The position numbers were made by a program, and so were the translations under genes. The notes beneath the pieces were generated by a model. The model had not been told where the DNA came from. It made no database searches and worked only from the letters and a program-made list of their open reading frames with translations. A DNA stretch of 64,000 nucleotides, taken from NCBI GenBank assembly GCA_964057225.1, contig OZ059894.1, positions 18,352,001 through 18,416,000 of the forward strand, read 5' to 3'. The DNA comes from Auanema rhodensis. Its lineage: Eukaryota > Animalia > Nematoda. Of this stretch, positions 23,940 through 38,900 are shown piece by piece. Numbering within the stretch: position 1 is the first letter of the stretch; each line of letters begins with the position of its first letter.

Positions 23940-25850
23940 CAACGAAAAAATTAATTCTTCAGGGTGAAAATCGAGGATATAAGTGTGAACTTATATCAGT
24001 TGATATCTCGGTGCATTTTTAAGCTAGCGCAAATCTGTTAACACAGATCAACGCAGCTTAAAAATCCGCATCGAATGCACTATACTACATTGAGAAACGC
24101 TTAATACAAAAATTAGTTATGATCGTTTGAAAAATGATGCATTAGTGTATGTTGAGTTTCCATGTACACTCAACATTGCTTCCAAAAACATTTTGACAAA
24201 AATTTTTTCGAAAAATTTCAAAATAATTTAGCAAAGAGTAGATGTTTTTAGATTCCTTCTTTCAAGGCAAAGACGATGGACAATGTTATTCAACGAAAAA
24301 ATTAATTCTTCAGGGTGAAAATCGAGGATATAAGTGTGAACTTATATCAGTTGATATCTCGGTGCATTTTTAAGCTAGCGCAAATCTGATAACACAGATC
24401 GACGCAGCTTAACAATCCGCACCGAATGCACTATACTACATTGAGAAACGCTTAAAACAAAAATTAGTTATGATCGTTTGAAAAATGATGCATTAGTGTA
24501 TGTTGAGTTTCCATGTACACTCAACATTGCTTCCAAAAACATTTTGACAAAATTTTTTCGAAAAATTTCAAAATAATTTAGCAAAAAGTAGATGTTTTTA
24601 GATTTCTTTTTTCAAGGCAAAGACGATGGACAATGTTATTCAACGAAAAAATTAATTCTTCAGGGTGAAAATCGAGGATATATGTGTGAACTTATATCAG
24701 TTGATATCTCGGTGTATTTTTAAGCTAGCGCAAATCTGTTAACACAGATCAACGCAGCTTAAAAATCCGCATCGAATGCACTATACTACATTGAGAAACG
24801 CTTAATACAAAAATTAGTTATGATCGTTTGAAAAATGATGCATTAGTGTATGTTGAGTTTCCATGTACACTCAACATTGCTTCCAAAAACATTTTGACAA
24901 AAATTTTTTCGAAAAATTTCAAAATAATTTAGCAAAAAGTAGATGTTTTTAGATTCCTTATTTCAAGGCAAAGACGATGGACAATGTTATTCAACGAAAA
25001 AATTAATTCTTCAGGGTGAAAATCGAGGATATAAGTGTGAACTTATATCAGTTGATATCTCGGTGCATTTTTAAGCTAGCGCAAATCTGTTAACACAGAT
25101 CAACGCAGCTTAAAAATCCGCATCGAATGCACTATACTACATTGAGAAACGCTTAATACAAAAATTAGTTATGATCGTTTGAAAAATGATGCATTAGTGT
25201 ATGTTGAGTTTCCATGTACACTCAACATTGCTTCCAAAAACATTTTGACAAAAATTTTTTCGAAAAATTTCAAAATAATTTAGCAAAAAGTAGATGTTTT
25301 TAGATTCCTTTTTTCAAGGCAAAGACGATGGACAATGTTATTCAACGAAAAAATTAATTCTTCAGGGTGAAAATCGAGGATATAAGTGTGAACTTATATC
25401 AGTTGATATCTCGGTGCATTTTTAAGCTAGCGCAAATCTGTTAACACAGATCAACGCAGCTTAAAAATCCGCATCGAATGCACTATACTACATTGAGAAA
25501 CGCTTAATACAAAAATTAGTTATGATCGTTTGAAAAATGATGCATTAGTGTATGTTGAGTTTCCATGTACACTCAACATTGCTTCCAAAAACATTTTGAC
25601 AAAAATTTTTTCGAAAAATTTCAAAATAATTTAGCAAAAAGTAGATGTTTTTAGATTCCTTTTTTCAAGGCAAAGACGATGGATAATGTTATTCAACGAA
25701 AAAATTAATTCTTCAGGGTGAAAATCGAGGATATAAGTGTGAACTTATATCAGTTGATATCTCGGTGCATTTTTAAGCTAGCGCAAATCTGATAACACAG
25801 ATCGACGCAGCTTAAAAATCCGCACCGAATGCACTATACTACATTGAGAG
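23940..25850. repeat. Copy of the junction-proximal block 19309 to about 21200 (13-monomer offset)
   Basis: Rare variants CAAAGAGTAG (19601/24232), TATGTGTGAA (20051/24681), AGATTCCTTATT (20321/24951) and GGATAATGTT (21051/25681). The offset is 4631 = 11x351+328+442, and 4630 after a 1-bp deletion near 24550. Confidence 0.9.
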
Positions 25851-28800
25851 ACGCTTAAAACAAAAATTAGTTATGATCGTTTGAAAAATGATGCATTAGT
25901 GTATGTTGAGTTTCCATGTACACTCAACATTGCTTCCAAAAACATTTTGACAAAAATTTTTTCGAAAAATTTCAAAATAATTTAGCAAAAAGTAGATGTT
26001 TTTAGATTTCTTTTTTCAAGGCAAAGACGATGGACAATGTTATTCAACGAAAAAATTAATTCTTCAGGGTGAAAATCGAGGATATAAGTGTGAACTTATA
26101 TCAGTTGATATCTCGGTGCATTTTTAAGCTAGCGCAAATCTGTTAACACAGATCAACGCAGCTTAAAAATCCGCATCGAATGCACTATACTACAATGAGA
26201 AACGCTTAATACAAAAATTAGTTATGATCGTTTGAAACATGATGCATTGCTTCAACATTGCTTCCAAAAACATTTTGACAAAAATTTTTTCGAAAAATTT
26301 CAAAATAATTTAGCAAAAAGTAGATGTTTTTAGATTCCTTTTTTCAAGGCAAAGACGATGGACAATGTTATTCAACGAAAAAATTAATTCTTCAGGGTGA
26401 AAATCGAGGATATAAGTGTGAACTTATATCAGTTGATATCTCGGTGCATTTTTAAGCTAGCGCAAATCTGTTAACACAGATCAACGCAGCTTAAAAATCC
26501 GCATCGAATGCACTATACTACATTGAGAGACGCTTAAAACAAAAATTAGTTATGATCGTTTGAAAAATGATGCATTAGTGTATGTTGAGTTTCCATGTAC
26601 ACTCAACATTGCTTCCAAAAACATTTTGACAAAAATTTTTTCGAAAAATTTCAAAATAATTTAGCAAAAAGTAGATGTTTTTAGATTTCTTTTTTCAAGG
26701 CAAAGACGATGGACAATGTTATTCAACGAAAAAATTAATTCTTCAGGGTGAAAATCGAGGATATAAGTGTGAACTTATATCAGTTGATATCTCGGTGCAT
26801 TTTTAAGCTAGCGCAAATCTGTTAACACAGATCAACGCAGCTTAAAAATCCGCATCGAATGCACTATACTACAATGAGAAACGCTTAATACAAAAATTAG
26901 TTATGATCGTTTGAAACATGATGCATTGCTTCAACATTGCTTCCAAAAACATTTTGACAAAAATTTTTTCGAAAAATTTCAAAATAATTTAGCAAAAAGT
27001 AGATGTTTTTAGATTCCTTTTTTCAAGGCAAAGACGATGGACAATGTTATTCAACGAAAAAATTAATTCTTCAGGGTGAAAATCGAGGATATAAGTGTGA
27101 ACTTATATCAGTTGATATCTCGGTGCAATTTTAAGCTAGCGCAAATCTGATAACACAGATCGACGCAGCTTAAAAATCCGCACCGAATGCACTATACTAC
27201 ATTGAGAAACGCTTAAAACAAAAATTAGTTATGATCGTTTGAAAAATGATGCATTAGTGTATGTTGAGTTTCCATGTACACTCAACATTGCTTCCAAAAA
27301 CATTTTGACAAAAATTTTTTCGAAAAATTTCAAAATAATTTAGCAAAAAGTAGATGTTTTTAGATTCCTCTTTTCAAGGCAAAGACGATGGACAATGTTA
27401 TTCAACGAAAAATTTAATTCTTCAGGGTGAAAATCGAGGATATAAGTGTGAACTTATATCAGTTGATATCTCGGTGCATTTTTAAGCTAGCGCAAATCTG
27501 TTAACACAGATCAACGCAGCTTAAAAATCCGCATCGAATGCACTATACTACATTGAGAGACGCTTAAAACAAAAATTAGTTATGATCGTTTGAAAAATGA
27601 TGCATTAGTGTATGTTGAGTTTCCATGTACACTCAACATTGCTTCCAAAAACATTTTGACAAAAATTTTTTCGAAAAATTTCAAAATAATTTAGCAAAAA
27701 GTAGATGTTTTTAGATTTCTTTTTTCAAGGCAAAGACGATGGACAATGTTATTCAACGAAAAAATTAATTCTTCAGGGTGAAAATCGAGGATATAAGTGT
27801 GAACTTATATCAGTTGATATCTCGGTGCATTTTTAAGCTAGCGCAAATCTGTTAACACAGATCAACGCAGCTTAAAAATCCGCATCGAATGCACTATACT
27901 ACAATGAGAAACGCTTAATACAAAAATTAGTTATGATCGTTTGAAACATGATGCATTGCTTCAACATTGCTTCCAAAAACATTTTGACAAAAATTTTTTC
28001 GAAAAATTTCAAAATAATTTAGCAAAAAGTAGATGTTTTTAGATTCCTTTTTTCAAGGCAAAGACGATGGACAATGTTATTCAACGAAAAAATTAATTCT
28101 TCAGGGTGAAAATCGAGGATATAAGTGTGAACTTATATCAGTTGATATCTCGGTGCATTTTTAAGCTAGCGCAAATCTGTTAACACAGATCAACGCAGCT
28201 TAAAAATCCGCATCGAATGCACTATACTACATTGAGAAACGCTTAATACAAAAATTAGTTATGATCGTTTGAAAAATGATGCATTAGTGTATGTTGAGTT
28301 TCCATGTACACTCAACATTGCTTCCAAAAACATTTTGACAAAAATTTTTTCGAAAAATTTCAAAATAATTTAGCAAAAAGTAGATGTTTTTAGATTCCTT
28401 TTTTCAAGGCAAAGACGATGGACATTGTTATTCAACGAAAAAATTAATTCTTCAGGGTGAAAATCGAGGATAGAAGTGTGAACTTATATCAGTTGATATC
28501 TCGGTGCATTTTTAAGCTAGCGCAAATCTGTTAACACAGATCAACGCAGCTTAAAAATCCGCATCGAATGCACTATACTACATTGAGAAACGCTCAAAAC
28601 AAAAATTAGTTATGATCGTTTGAAAAATGATGCATTAGTGTATGTTGAGTTTCCATGTACACTCAACATTGCTTCCAAAAACATTTTGACAAAAATTTTT
28701 TCGAAAAATTTCAAAATAATTTAGCAAAAAGTAGATGTTTTTAGATTCCTTTTTTTCAAGGCAAAGACGATGGACGATGTTATTCAACGAAAAAATTAAT

Positions 28801-29486
28801 TCTTCAGGGTGAAAATCGAGGATAGAAGTGTGAACTTATATCAGTTGATATCTCGGTGCATTTTTAAGCTAGCGCAAATCTGTTAACACAGATCAACGCA
28901 GCTTAAAAATCCGCATCGAATGCACTATACTACATTGAGAAACGCTCAAAACAAAAATTAGTTATGATCGTTTGAAAAATGATGCATTAGTGTATGTTGA
29001 GTTTCCATGTACACTCAACATTGCTTCCAAAAACATTTTGACAAAAATTTTTTCGAAAAATTTCAAAATAATTTAGCAAAAAGTAGATGTTTTTAGATTC
29101 CTTTTTTTCAAGGCAAAGACGATGGACGATGTTATTCAACGAAAAAATTAATTCTTCAGGGTGAAAATCGAGGATATAAGTGTGAACTTATATCAGTTGA
29201 TATCTCGGTGCAATTTTAAGCTAGCGCAAATCTGATAACACAGATCGACGCAGCTTAAAAATCCGCATCGAATGCACTATACTACATTGAGAAACGCTTA
29301 ATACAAAAATTAGTTATGATCGTTTGAAACATGATGCATTGCTTCAACATTGCTTCCAAAAACATTTTGACAAAAATTTTTTCGAAAAATTTCAAAATAA
29401 TTTAGCAAAAAGTAGATGTTTTTAGATTCCTTTTTTCAAGGCAAAGACGATGGACAATGTTATTCAACGAAAAAATTAATTCTTCA

Positions 29487-29905
29487 GGGTGAAAATCGAG
29501 GATATAAGTGTGAACTTATATCAGTTGATATCTCGGTGCAATTTTAAGCTAGCGCAAATCTGATAACACAGATCGACGCAGCTTAAAAATCCGCATCGAA
29601 TGCACTATACTACATTGAGAAACGCTTAATACAAAAATTAGTTATGATCGTTTGAAACATGATGCATTGCTTCAACATTGCTTCCAAAAACATTTTGACA
29701 AAAATTTTTTCGAAAAATTTCAAAATAATTTAGCAAAAAGTAGATGTTTTTGATGCATTGCTTCAACATTGCTTCCAAAAACATTTTGACAAAAATTTTT
29801 TCGAAAAATTTCAAAATAATTTAGCAAAAAGTAGATGTTTTTAGATTCCTTTTTTCAAGGCAAAGACGATGGACAATGTTATTCAACGAAAAAATTAATT
29901 CTTCA
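29487..29905. repeat. 419-bp variant of the array B monomer (328 plus an internal 91-bp tandem duplication); about 13 copies between 29.5 and 62.7 kb
   Basis: GATGCATTGCTTCAACATT...GTAGATGTTTTT is present twice. GGGTG spacing 29487 to 29906 is 419. Confidence 0.95.
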
Positions 29906-32900
29906 GGGTGAAAATCGAGGATATAAGTGTGAACTTATATCAGTTGATATCTCGGTGCATTTTTAAGCTAGCGCAAATCTGATAACACAGATCGACGCAG
30001 CTTAAAAATCCGCATCGAATGCACTATACTACATTGAAAAACGCTTAATACAAAAATTAGTTATGATCGTTTGAAAAATGATGCATTAGTGTATGTTGAG
30101 TTTCCATGTACACTCAACATTGCTTCCAAAAACATTTTGACAAAAATTTTTTCGAAAAATTTCAAAATAATTTAGCAAAAAGTAGATGTTTTTAGATTCC
30201 TTTTTTCAAGGCAAAGACGATGGACAATGTTATTCAACGAAAAAATTAATTCTTCAGGGTGAAAATCGAGGATAGAAGTGTGAACTTATATCAGTTGATA
30301 TCTCGGTGCATTTTTAAGCTAGCGCAAATCTGTTAACACAGATCAACGCAGCTTAAAAATCCGCATCGAATGCACTATACTACATTGAGAAACGCTCAAA
30401 ACAAAAATTAGTTATGATCGTTTGAAAAATGATGCATTAGTGTATGTTGAGTTTCCATGTACACTCAACATTGCTTCCAAAAACATTTTGACAAAAATTT
30501 TTTCGAAAAATTTCAAAATAATTTAGCAAAAAGTAGATGTTTTTAGATTCCTTTTTTCAAGGCAAAGACGATGGACAATGTTATTCAACGAAAAAATTAA
30601 TTCTTCAGGGTGAAAATCGAGGATATAAGTGTGAACTTATATCAGTTGATATCTCGGTGCATTTTTAAGCTAGCGCAAATCTGATAACACAGATCGACGC
30701 AGCTTAACAATCCGCACCGAATGCACTATACTACATTGAGAAACGCTTAATACAAAAATTAGTTATGATCGTTTGAAAAATGATGCATTAGTGTAAGTTG
30801 AGTTTCCATGTACACTCAACATTGCTTCCAAAAACATTTTGACAAAAATTTTTTCGAAAAATTTCAAAATAATTTAGCAAAAAGTAGATGTTTCTAGATT
30901 CCTTTTTTCAAGGCAAAGACGATGGACAATGTTATTCAACGAAAAAATTAATTCTTCAGGGTGAAAATCGAGGATATAAGTGTGAACTTATATCAGTTGA
31001 TATCTCGGTGCATTTTTAAGCTAGCGCAAATCTGTTAACACAGATCAACGCAGCTTAAAAATCCGCATCGAATGCACTATACTACATTGAGAAACGCTTA
31101 ATACAAAAATTAGTTATGATCGTTTGAAAAATGATGCATTAGTGTATGTTGAGTTTCCATGTACACTCAACATTGCTTCCAAAAACATTTTGACAAAAAT
31201 TTTTTCGAAAAATTTCAAAATAATTTAGCAAAAAGTAGATGTTTTTAGATTCCTTTTTTCAAGGCAAAGACGATGGACAATGTTATTCAACGAAAAAATT
31301 AATTCTTCAGGGTGAAAATCGAGGATATAAGTGTGAACTTATATCAGTTGATATCTCGGTGCATTTTTAAGCTAGCGCAAATCTGATAACACAGATCGAC
31401 GCAGCTTAACAATCCGCACCGAATGCACTATACTACATTGAGAAACGCTTAATACAAAAATTAGTTATGATCGTTTGAAAAATGATGCATTAGTGTAAGT
31501 TGAGTTTCCATGTACACTCAACATTGCTTCCAAAAACATTTTGACAAAAATTTTTTCGAAAAATTTCAAGATAATTTAGCAAAAAGTAGATGTTTTTAGA
31601 TTCCTTTTTTCAAGGCAAAGACGATGGACAATGTTATTCAACGAAAAAATTAATTCTTCAGGGTGAAAATCGAGGATATAAGTGTGAACTTATATCAGTT
31701 GATATCTCGGTGCATTTTTAAGCTAGCGCAAATCTGTTAACACAGATCAACGCAGCTTAAAAATCCGCATCGAATGCACTATACTACATTGAGAAACGCT
31801 TAATACAAAAATTAGTTATGATCGTTTGAAAAATGATGCATTAGTGTATGTTGAGTTTCCATGTACACTCAACATTGCTTCCAAAAACATTTTGACAAAA
31901 ATTTTTTCGAAAAATTTCAAAATAATTTAGCAAAAAGTAGATGTTTTTAGATTCCTTTTTTCAAGGCAAAGACGATGGACAATGTTATTCAACGAAAAAA
32001 TTAATTCTTCAGGGTGAAAATCGAGGATATAAGTGTGAACTTATATCAGTTGATATCTCGGTGCATTTTTAAGCTAGCGCAAATCTGTTAACACAGATCA
32101 ACGCAGCTTAAAAATCCGCATCGAATGCACTATACTACATTGAGAAACGCTTAATACAAAAATTAGTTATGATCGTTTGAAAAATGATGCATTAGTGTAT
32201 GTTGAGTTTCCATGTACACTCAACATTGCTTCCAAAAACATTTTGACAAAAATTTTTTCGAAAAATTTCAAAATAATTTAGCAAAAAGTAGATGTTTTTA
32301 GATTCCTTTTTTCAAGGCAAAGACGATGGACAATGTTATTCAACGAAAAAATTAATTCTTCAGGGTGAAAATCGAGGATATAAGTGTGAACTTATATCAG
32401 TTGATATCTCGGTGCATTTTTAAGCTAGCGCAAATCTGTTAACACAGATCAACGCAGCTTAAAAATCCGCATCGAATGCACTATACTACATTGAGAAACG
32501 CTTAATACAAAAATTAGTTATGATCGTTTGAAAAATGATGCATTAGTGTATGTTGAGTTTCCATGTACACTCAACATTGCTTCCAAAAACATTTTGACAA
32601 AAATTTTTTCGAAAAATTTCAAAATAATTTAGCAAAAAGTAGATGTTTTTAGATTCCTTTTTTCAAGGCAAAGACGATGGACAATGTTATTCAACGAAAA
32701 AATTAATTCTTCAGGGTGAAAATCGAGGATATAAGTGTGAAATTATATCAGTTGATATCTCGGTGTATTTTTAAGCTAGCGCAAATCTGTTAACACAGAT
32801 CAACGCAGCTTAAAAATCCGCATCGAATGCACTATACTACATTGAGAAACGCTCAATACAAAATTTAGTTATGATCGTTTGAAAAATGATGCATTAGTGT

Positions 32901-35900
32901 ATGTTGAGTTTCCATGTACACTCAACATTGCTTCCAAAAACATTTTGACAAAAATTTTTTCGAAAAATTTCAAAATAATTTAGCAAAAAGTAGATGTTTT
33001 TAGATTCCTTTTTTCAAGGCAAAGACGATGGACAATGTTATTCAACGAAAAAATTAATTCTTCAGGGTGAAAATCGAGGATATAAGTGTGAACTTATATC
33101 AGTTGATATCTCTCGGTGCATTTTTAAGCTAGCGCAAATCTGTTAACACAGATCAACGCAGCTTAAAAATCCGCATCGAATGCACTATACTACATTGAGA
33201 AACGCTTAAAACAAAAATTAGTTATGATCGTTTGAAAAATGATGCATTAGTGTATGTTGAGTTTCCATGTACACTCAACATTGCTTCCAAAAACATTTTG
33301 ACAAAAATTTTTTCGAAAAATTTCAAAATAATTTAGCAAAAAGTAGATGTTTTTAGATTCCTTTTTTCAAGGCAAAGACGATGGACAATGTTATTCAACG
33401 AAAAAATTAATTCTTCAGGGTGAAAATCGAGGATATAAGTGTGAACTTATATCAGTTGATATCTCGGTGCAATTTTAAGCTAGCGCAAAACTGATAACAC
33501 AGATCGACGCAGCTTAAAAATCCGCATCGAATGCACTATACTACATTGAGAAACACTTAATACAAAAATTAGTTATGATCGTTTGAAACATGATGCATTA
33601 GTGTATGTTGAGTTTCCATGTACACTCAACATTGCTTCCAAAAACATTTTGACAAAAATTTTTTCGAAAAATTTCAAAATAATTTAGCAAAAAGTAGATG
33701 TTTTTAGATTCCTTTTTTCAAGGCAAAGACGATGGACAATGTTATTCAACGAAAAAATTAATTCTTCAGGGTGAAAATCGAGGATATAAGTGTGAACTTA
33801 TATCAGTTGATATCTCTCGGTGCATTTTTAAGCTAGCGCAAATCTGTTAACACAGATCAACGCAGCTTAAAAATCCGCATCGAATGCACTATACTACATT
33901 GAGAAACGCTTAAAACAAAAATTAGTTATGATCGTTTGAAAAATGATGCATTAGTGTATGTTGAGTTTCCATGTACACTCAACATTGCTTCCAAAAACAT
34001 TTTGACAAAAATTTTTTCGAAAAATTTCAAAATAATTTAGCAAAAAGTAGATGTTTTTAGATTCCTTTTTTCAAGGCAAAGACGATGGACAATGTTATTC
34101 AACGAAAAAATTAATTCTTCAGGGTGAAAATCGAGGATATAAGTGTGAACTTATATCAGTTGATATCTCGGTGCAATTTTAAGCTAGCGCAAAACTGATA
34201 ACACAGATCGACGCAGCTTAAAAATCCGCATCGAATGCACTATACTACATTGAGAAACGCTTAATACAAAAATTAGTTATGATCGTTTGAAACATGATGC
34301 ATTAGTGTATGTTGAGTTTCCATGTACACTCAACATTGCTTCCAAAAACATTTTGACAAAAATTTTTTCGAAAAATTTCAAAATAATTTAGCAAAAAGTA
34401 GATGTTTTTAGATTCCTTTTTTCAAGGCAAAGACGATGGACAATGTTATTCAACGAAAAAATTAATTCTTCAGGGTGAAAATCGAGGATATAAGTGTGAA
34501 CTTATATCAGTTGATATCTCGGTGTATTTTTAAGCTAGCGCAAATCTGTTAACACAGATCAACGCAGCTTAAAAATCCGCATCGAATGCACTATACTATA
34601 TTGAGAAACGCTCAATACAAAATTTAGTTATGATCGTTTGAAAAATGATGCATTAGTGTATGTTGAGTTTCCATGTACACTCAACATTGCTTCCAAAAAC
34701 ATTTTGACAAAAATTTTTTCGAAAAATTTCAAAATAATTTAGCAAAAAGTAGATGTTTTTAGATTCCTTTTTTCAAGGCAAAGACGATGGACAATGTTAT
34801 TCAACGAAAAAATTAATTCTTCAGGGTGAAAATCGAGGATATAAGTGTGAACTTATATCAGTTGATATCTCTCGGTGCATTTTTAAGCTAGCGCAAATCT
34901 GTTAACACAGATCAACGCAGCTTAAAAATCCGCATCGAATGCACTATACTACATTGAGAAACGCTTAAAACAAAAATTAGTTATGATCGTTTGAAAAATG
35001 ATGCATTAGTGTATGTTGAGTTTCCATGTACACTCAACATTGCTTCCAAAAACATTTTGACAAAAATTTTTTCGAAAAATTTCAAAATAATTTAGCAAAA
35101 AGTAGATGTTTTTAGATTCCTTTTTTCAAGGCAAAGACGATGGACAATGTTATTCAACGAAAAAATTAATTCTTCAGGGTGAAAATCGAGGATATAAGTG
35201 TGAACTTATATCAGTTGATATCTCGGTGTATTTTTAAGCTAGCGCAAATCTGTTAACACAGATCAACGCAGCTTAAAAATCCGCATCGAATGCACTATAC
35301 TACATTGAGAAACGCTTAATACAAAAATTAGTTATGATCGTTTGAAACATGATGCATTGCTTCAACATTGCTTCCAAAAACATTTTGACAAAAATTTTTT
35401 CGAAAAATTTCAAAATAATTTAGCAAAAAGTAGATGTTTTTAGATTCCTTTTTTCAAGGCAAAGACGATGGACAATGTTATTCAACGAAAAAATTAATTC
35501 TTCAGGGTGAAAATCGAGGATATAAGTGTGAACTTATATTAGTTGATATCTCGGTGCAATTTTAAGCTAGCGCAAATCTGATAACACAGATCGACGCAGC
35601 TTAAAAATCCGCATCGAATGCACTATACTACATTGAGAAACGCTTAATACAAAAATTAGTTATGATCGTTTGAAACATGATGCATTGCTTCAACATTGCT
35701 TCCAAAAACATTTTGACAAAAATTTTTTCGAAAAATTTCAAAATAATTTAGCAAAAAGTAGATGTTTTTAGATTCCTTTTTTCAAGGCAAAGACGATGGA
35801 CAATGTTATTCAACGAAAAAATTAATTCTTCAGGGTGAAAATCGAGGATATAAGTGTGAACTTATATCAGTTGATATCTCTCGGTGCATTTTTAAGCTAG

Positions 35901-38900
35901 CGCAAATCTGTTAACACAGATCAACGCAGCTTAAAAATCCGCATCGAATGCACTATACTACATTGAGAAACGCTTAAAACAAAAATTAGTTATGATCGTT
36001 TGAAAAATGATGCATTAGTGTATGTTGAGTTTCCATGTACACTCAACATTGCTTCCAAAAACATTTTGACAAAAATTTTTTCGAAAAATTTCAAAATAAT
36101 TTAGCAAAAAGTAGATGTTTTTAGATTCCTTTTTTCAAGGCAAAGACGATGGACAATGTTATTCAACGAAAAAATTAATTCTTCAGGGTGAAAATCGAGG
36201 ATATAAGTGTGAACTTATATCAGTTGATATCTCGGTGTATTTTTAAGCTAGCGCAAATCTGTTAACACAGATCAACGCAGCTTAAAAATCCGCATCGAAT
36301 GCACTATACTACATTGAGAAATGCTTAATACAAAAATTAGTTATGATCGTTTGAAAAATGATGCATTAGTGTATGTTGAGTTTCCATGTACACTCAACAT
36401 TGCTTCCAAAAACATTTTGACAAAAATTTTTTCGAAAAATTTCAAAATAATTTAGCAAAAAGTAGATGTTTTTAGATTCCTTTTTTCAAGGCAAAGACGA
36501 TGGACAATGTTATTCAACGAAAAAATTAATTCTTCAGGGTGAAAATCGAGGATAGAAGTGTGAACTTATATCAGTTGATATCTCGGTGCATTTTTAAGCT
36601 AGCGCAAATCTGTTAACACAGATCAACGCAGCTTAAAAATCCGCATCGAATGCACTATACTACATTGAGAAACGCTCAAAACAAAAATTAGTTATGATCG
36701 TTTGAAAAATGATGCATTAGTGTATGTTGAGTTTCCATGTACACTCAACATTGCTTCCAAAAACATTTTGACAAAAATTTTTTCGAAAAATTTCAAAATA
36801 ATTTAGCAAAAAGTAGATGTTTTTAGATTCCTTTTTTTCAAGGCAAAGACGATGGACAATGTTATTCAACGAAAAAATTAATTCTTCAGGGTGAAAATCG
36901 AGGATATAAGTGTGAACTTATATCAGTTGATATCTCGGTGCAATTTTAAGCTAGCGCAAAACTGATAACACAGATCGACGCAGCTTAAAAATCCGCATCG
37001 AATGCACTATACTACATTGAGAAACGCTTAATACAAAAATTAGTTATGATCGTTTGAAAAATGATGCATTGCTTCAACATTGCTTCCAAAAACATTTTGA
37101 CAAAAATTTTTTCGAAAAATTTCAAAATAATTTAGCAAAAAGTAGATGTTTTTAGATTCCTTTTTTCAAGGCAAAGACGATGGACAATGTTATTCAACGA
37201 AAAAATTAATTCTTCAGGGTGAAAATCGAGGATATAAGTGTGAACTTATATCAGTTGATATCTCTCGGTGCATTTTTAAGCTAGCGCAAATCTGTTAACA
37301 CAGATCAACGCAGCTTAAAAATCCGCATCGAATGCACTATACTACATTGAGAAACGCTTAAAACAAAAATTAGTTATGATCGTTTGAAAAATGATGCATT
37401 AGTGTATGTTGAGTTTCCATGTACACTCAACATTGCTTCCAAAAACATTTTGACAAAAATTTTTTCGAAAAATTTCAAAATAATTTAGCAAAAAGTAGAT
37501 GTTTTTAGATTCCTTTTTTCAAGGCAAAGACGATGGACAATGTTATTCAACGAAAAAATTAATTCTTCAGGGTGAAAATCGAGGATATAAGTGTGAACTT
37601 ATATCAGTTGATATCTCGGTGTATTTTTAAGCTAGCGCAAATCTGTTAACACAGATCAACGCAGCTTAAAAATCCGCATCGAATGCACTATACTACATTG
37701 AGAAATGCTTAATACAAAAATTAGTTATGATCGTTTGAAAAATGATGCATTAGTGTATGTTGAGTTTCCATGTACACTCAACATTGCTTCCAAAAACATT
37801 TTGACAAAAATTTTTTCGAAAAATTTCAAAATAATTTAGCAAAAAGTAGATGTTTTTAGATTCCTTTTTTCAAGGCAAAGACGATGGACAATGTTATTCA
37901 ACGAAAAAATTAATTCTTCAGGGTGAAAATCGAGGATAGAAGTGTGAACTTATATCAGTTGATATCTCGGTGCATTTTTAAGCTAGCGCAAATCTGTTAA
38001 CACAGATCAACGCAGCTTAAAAATCCGCATCGAATGCACTATACTACATTGAGAAACGCTCAAAACAAAAATTAGTTATGATCGTTTGAAAAATGATGCA
38101 TTAGTGTATGTTGAGTTTCCATGTACACTCAACATTGCTTCCAAAAACATTTTGACAAAAATTTTTTCGAAAAATTTCAAAATAATTTAGCAAAAAGTAG
38201 ATGTTTTTAGATTCCTTTTTTTCAAGGCAAAGACGATGGACAATGTTATTCAACGAAAAAATTAATTCTTCAGGGTGAAAATCGAGGATATAAGTGTGAA
38301 CTTATATCAGTTGATATCTCGGTGCAATTTTAAGCTAGCGCAAAACTGATAACACAGATCGACGCAGCTTAAAAATCCGCATCGAATGCACTATACTACA
38401 TTGAGAAACGCTTAATACAAAAATTAGTTATGATCGTTTGAAACATGATGCATTGCTTCAACATTGCTTCCAAAAACATTTTGACAAAAATTTTTTCGAA
38501 AAATTTCAAAATAATTTAGCAAAAAGTAGATGTTTTTGATGCATTGCTTCAACATTGCTTCCAAAAACATTTTGACAAAAATTTTTCGAAAAATTTCAAA
38601 ATAATTTAGCAAAAAGTAGATGTTTTTAGATTCCTTTTTTCAAGGCAAAGACGATGGACAATGTTATTCAACGAAAAAATTAATTCTTCAGGGTGAAAAT
38701 CGAGGATATAAGTGTGAACTTATATCAGTTGATATCTCGGTGCATTTTTAAGCTAGCGCAAATCTGATAACACAGATCGACGCAGCTTAAAAATCCGCAT
38801 CGAATGCACTATACTACATTGAGAAACGCTTAATACAAAAATTAGTTATGATCGTTTGAAACATGATGCATTGCTTCAACATTGCTTCCAAAAACATTTT

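Noticed and set aside
24540-38590. Single-base homopolymer length variants (for example near 24550 and 38581)
   Set aside because: Singletons may be sequencing or consensus errors. Only recurrent ones were used as markers.
38424-38612. 62-aa minus-strand ORF
   Set aside because: An artefact of the 91-bp duplication plus a 1-bp deletion in a T tract. The peptide repeat LNYFEIFRK just mirrors the DNA duplication.
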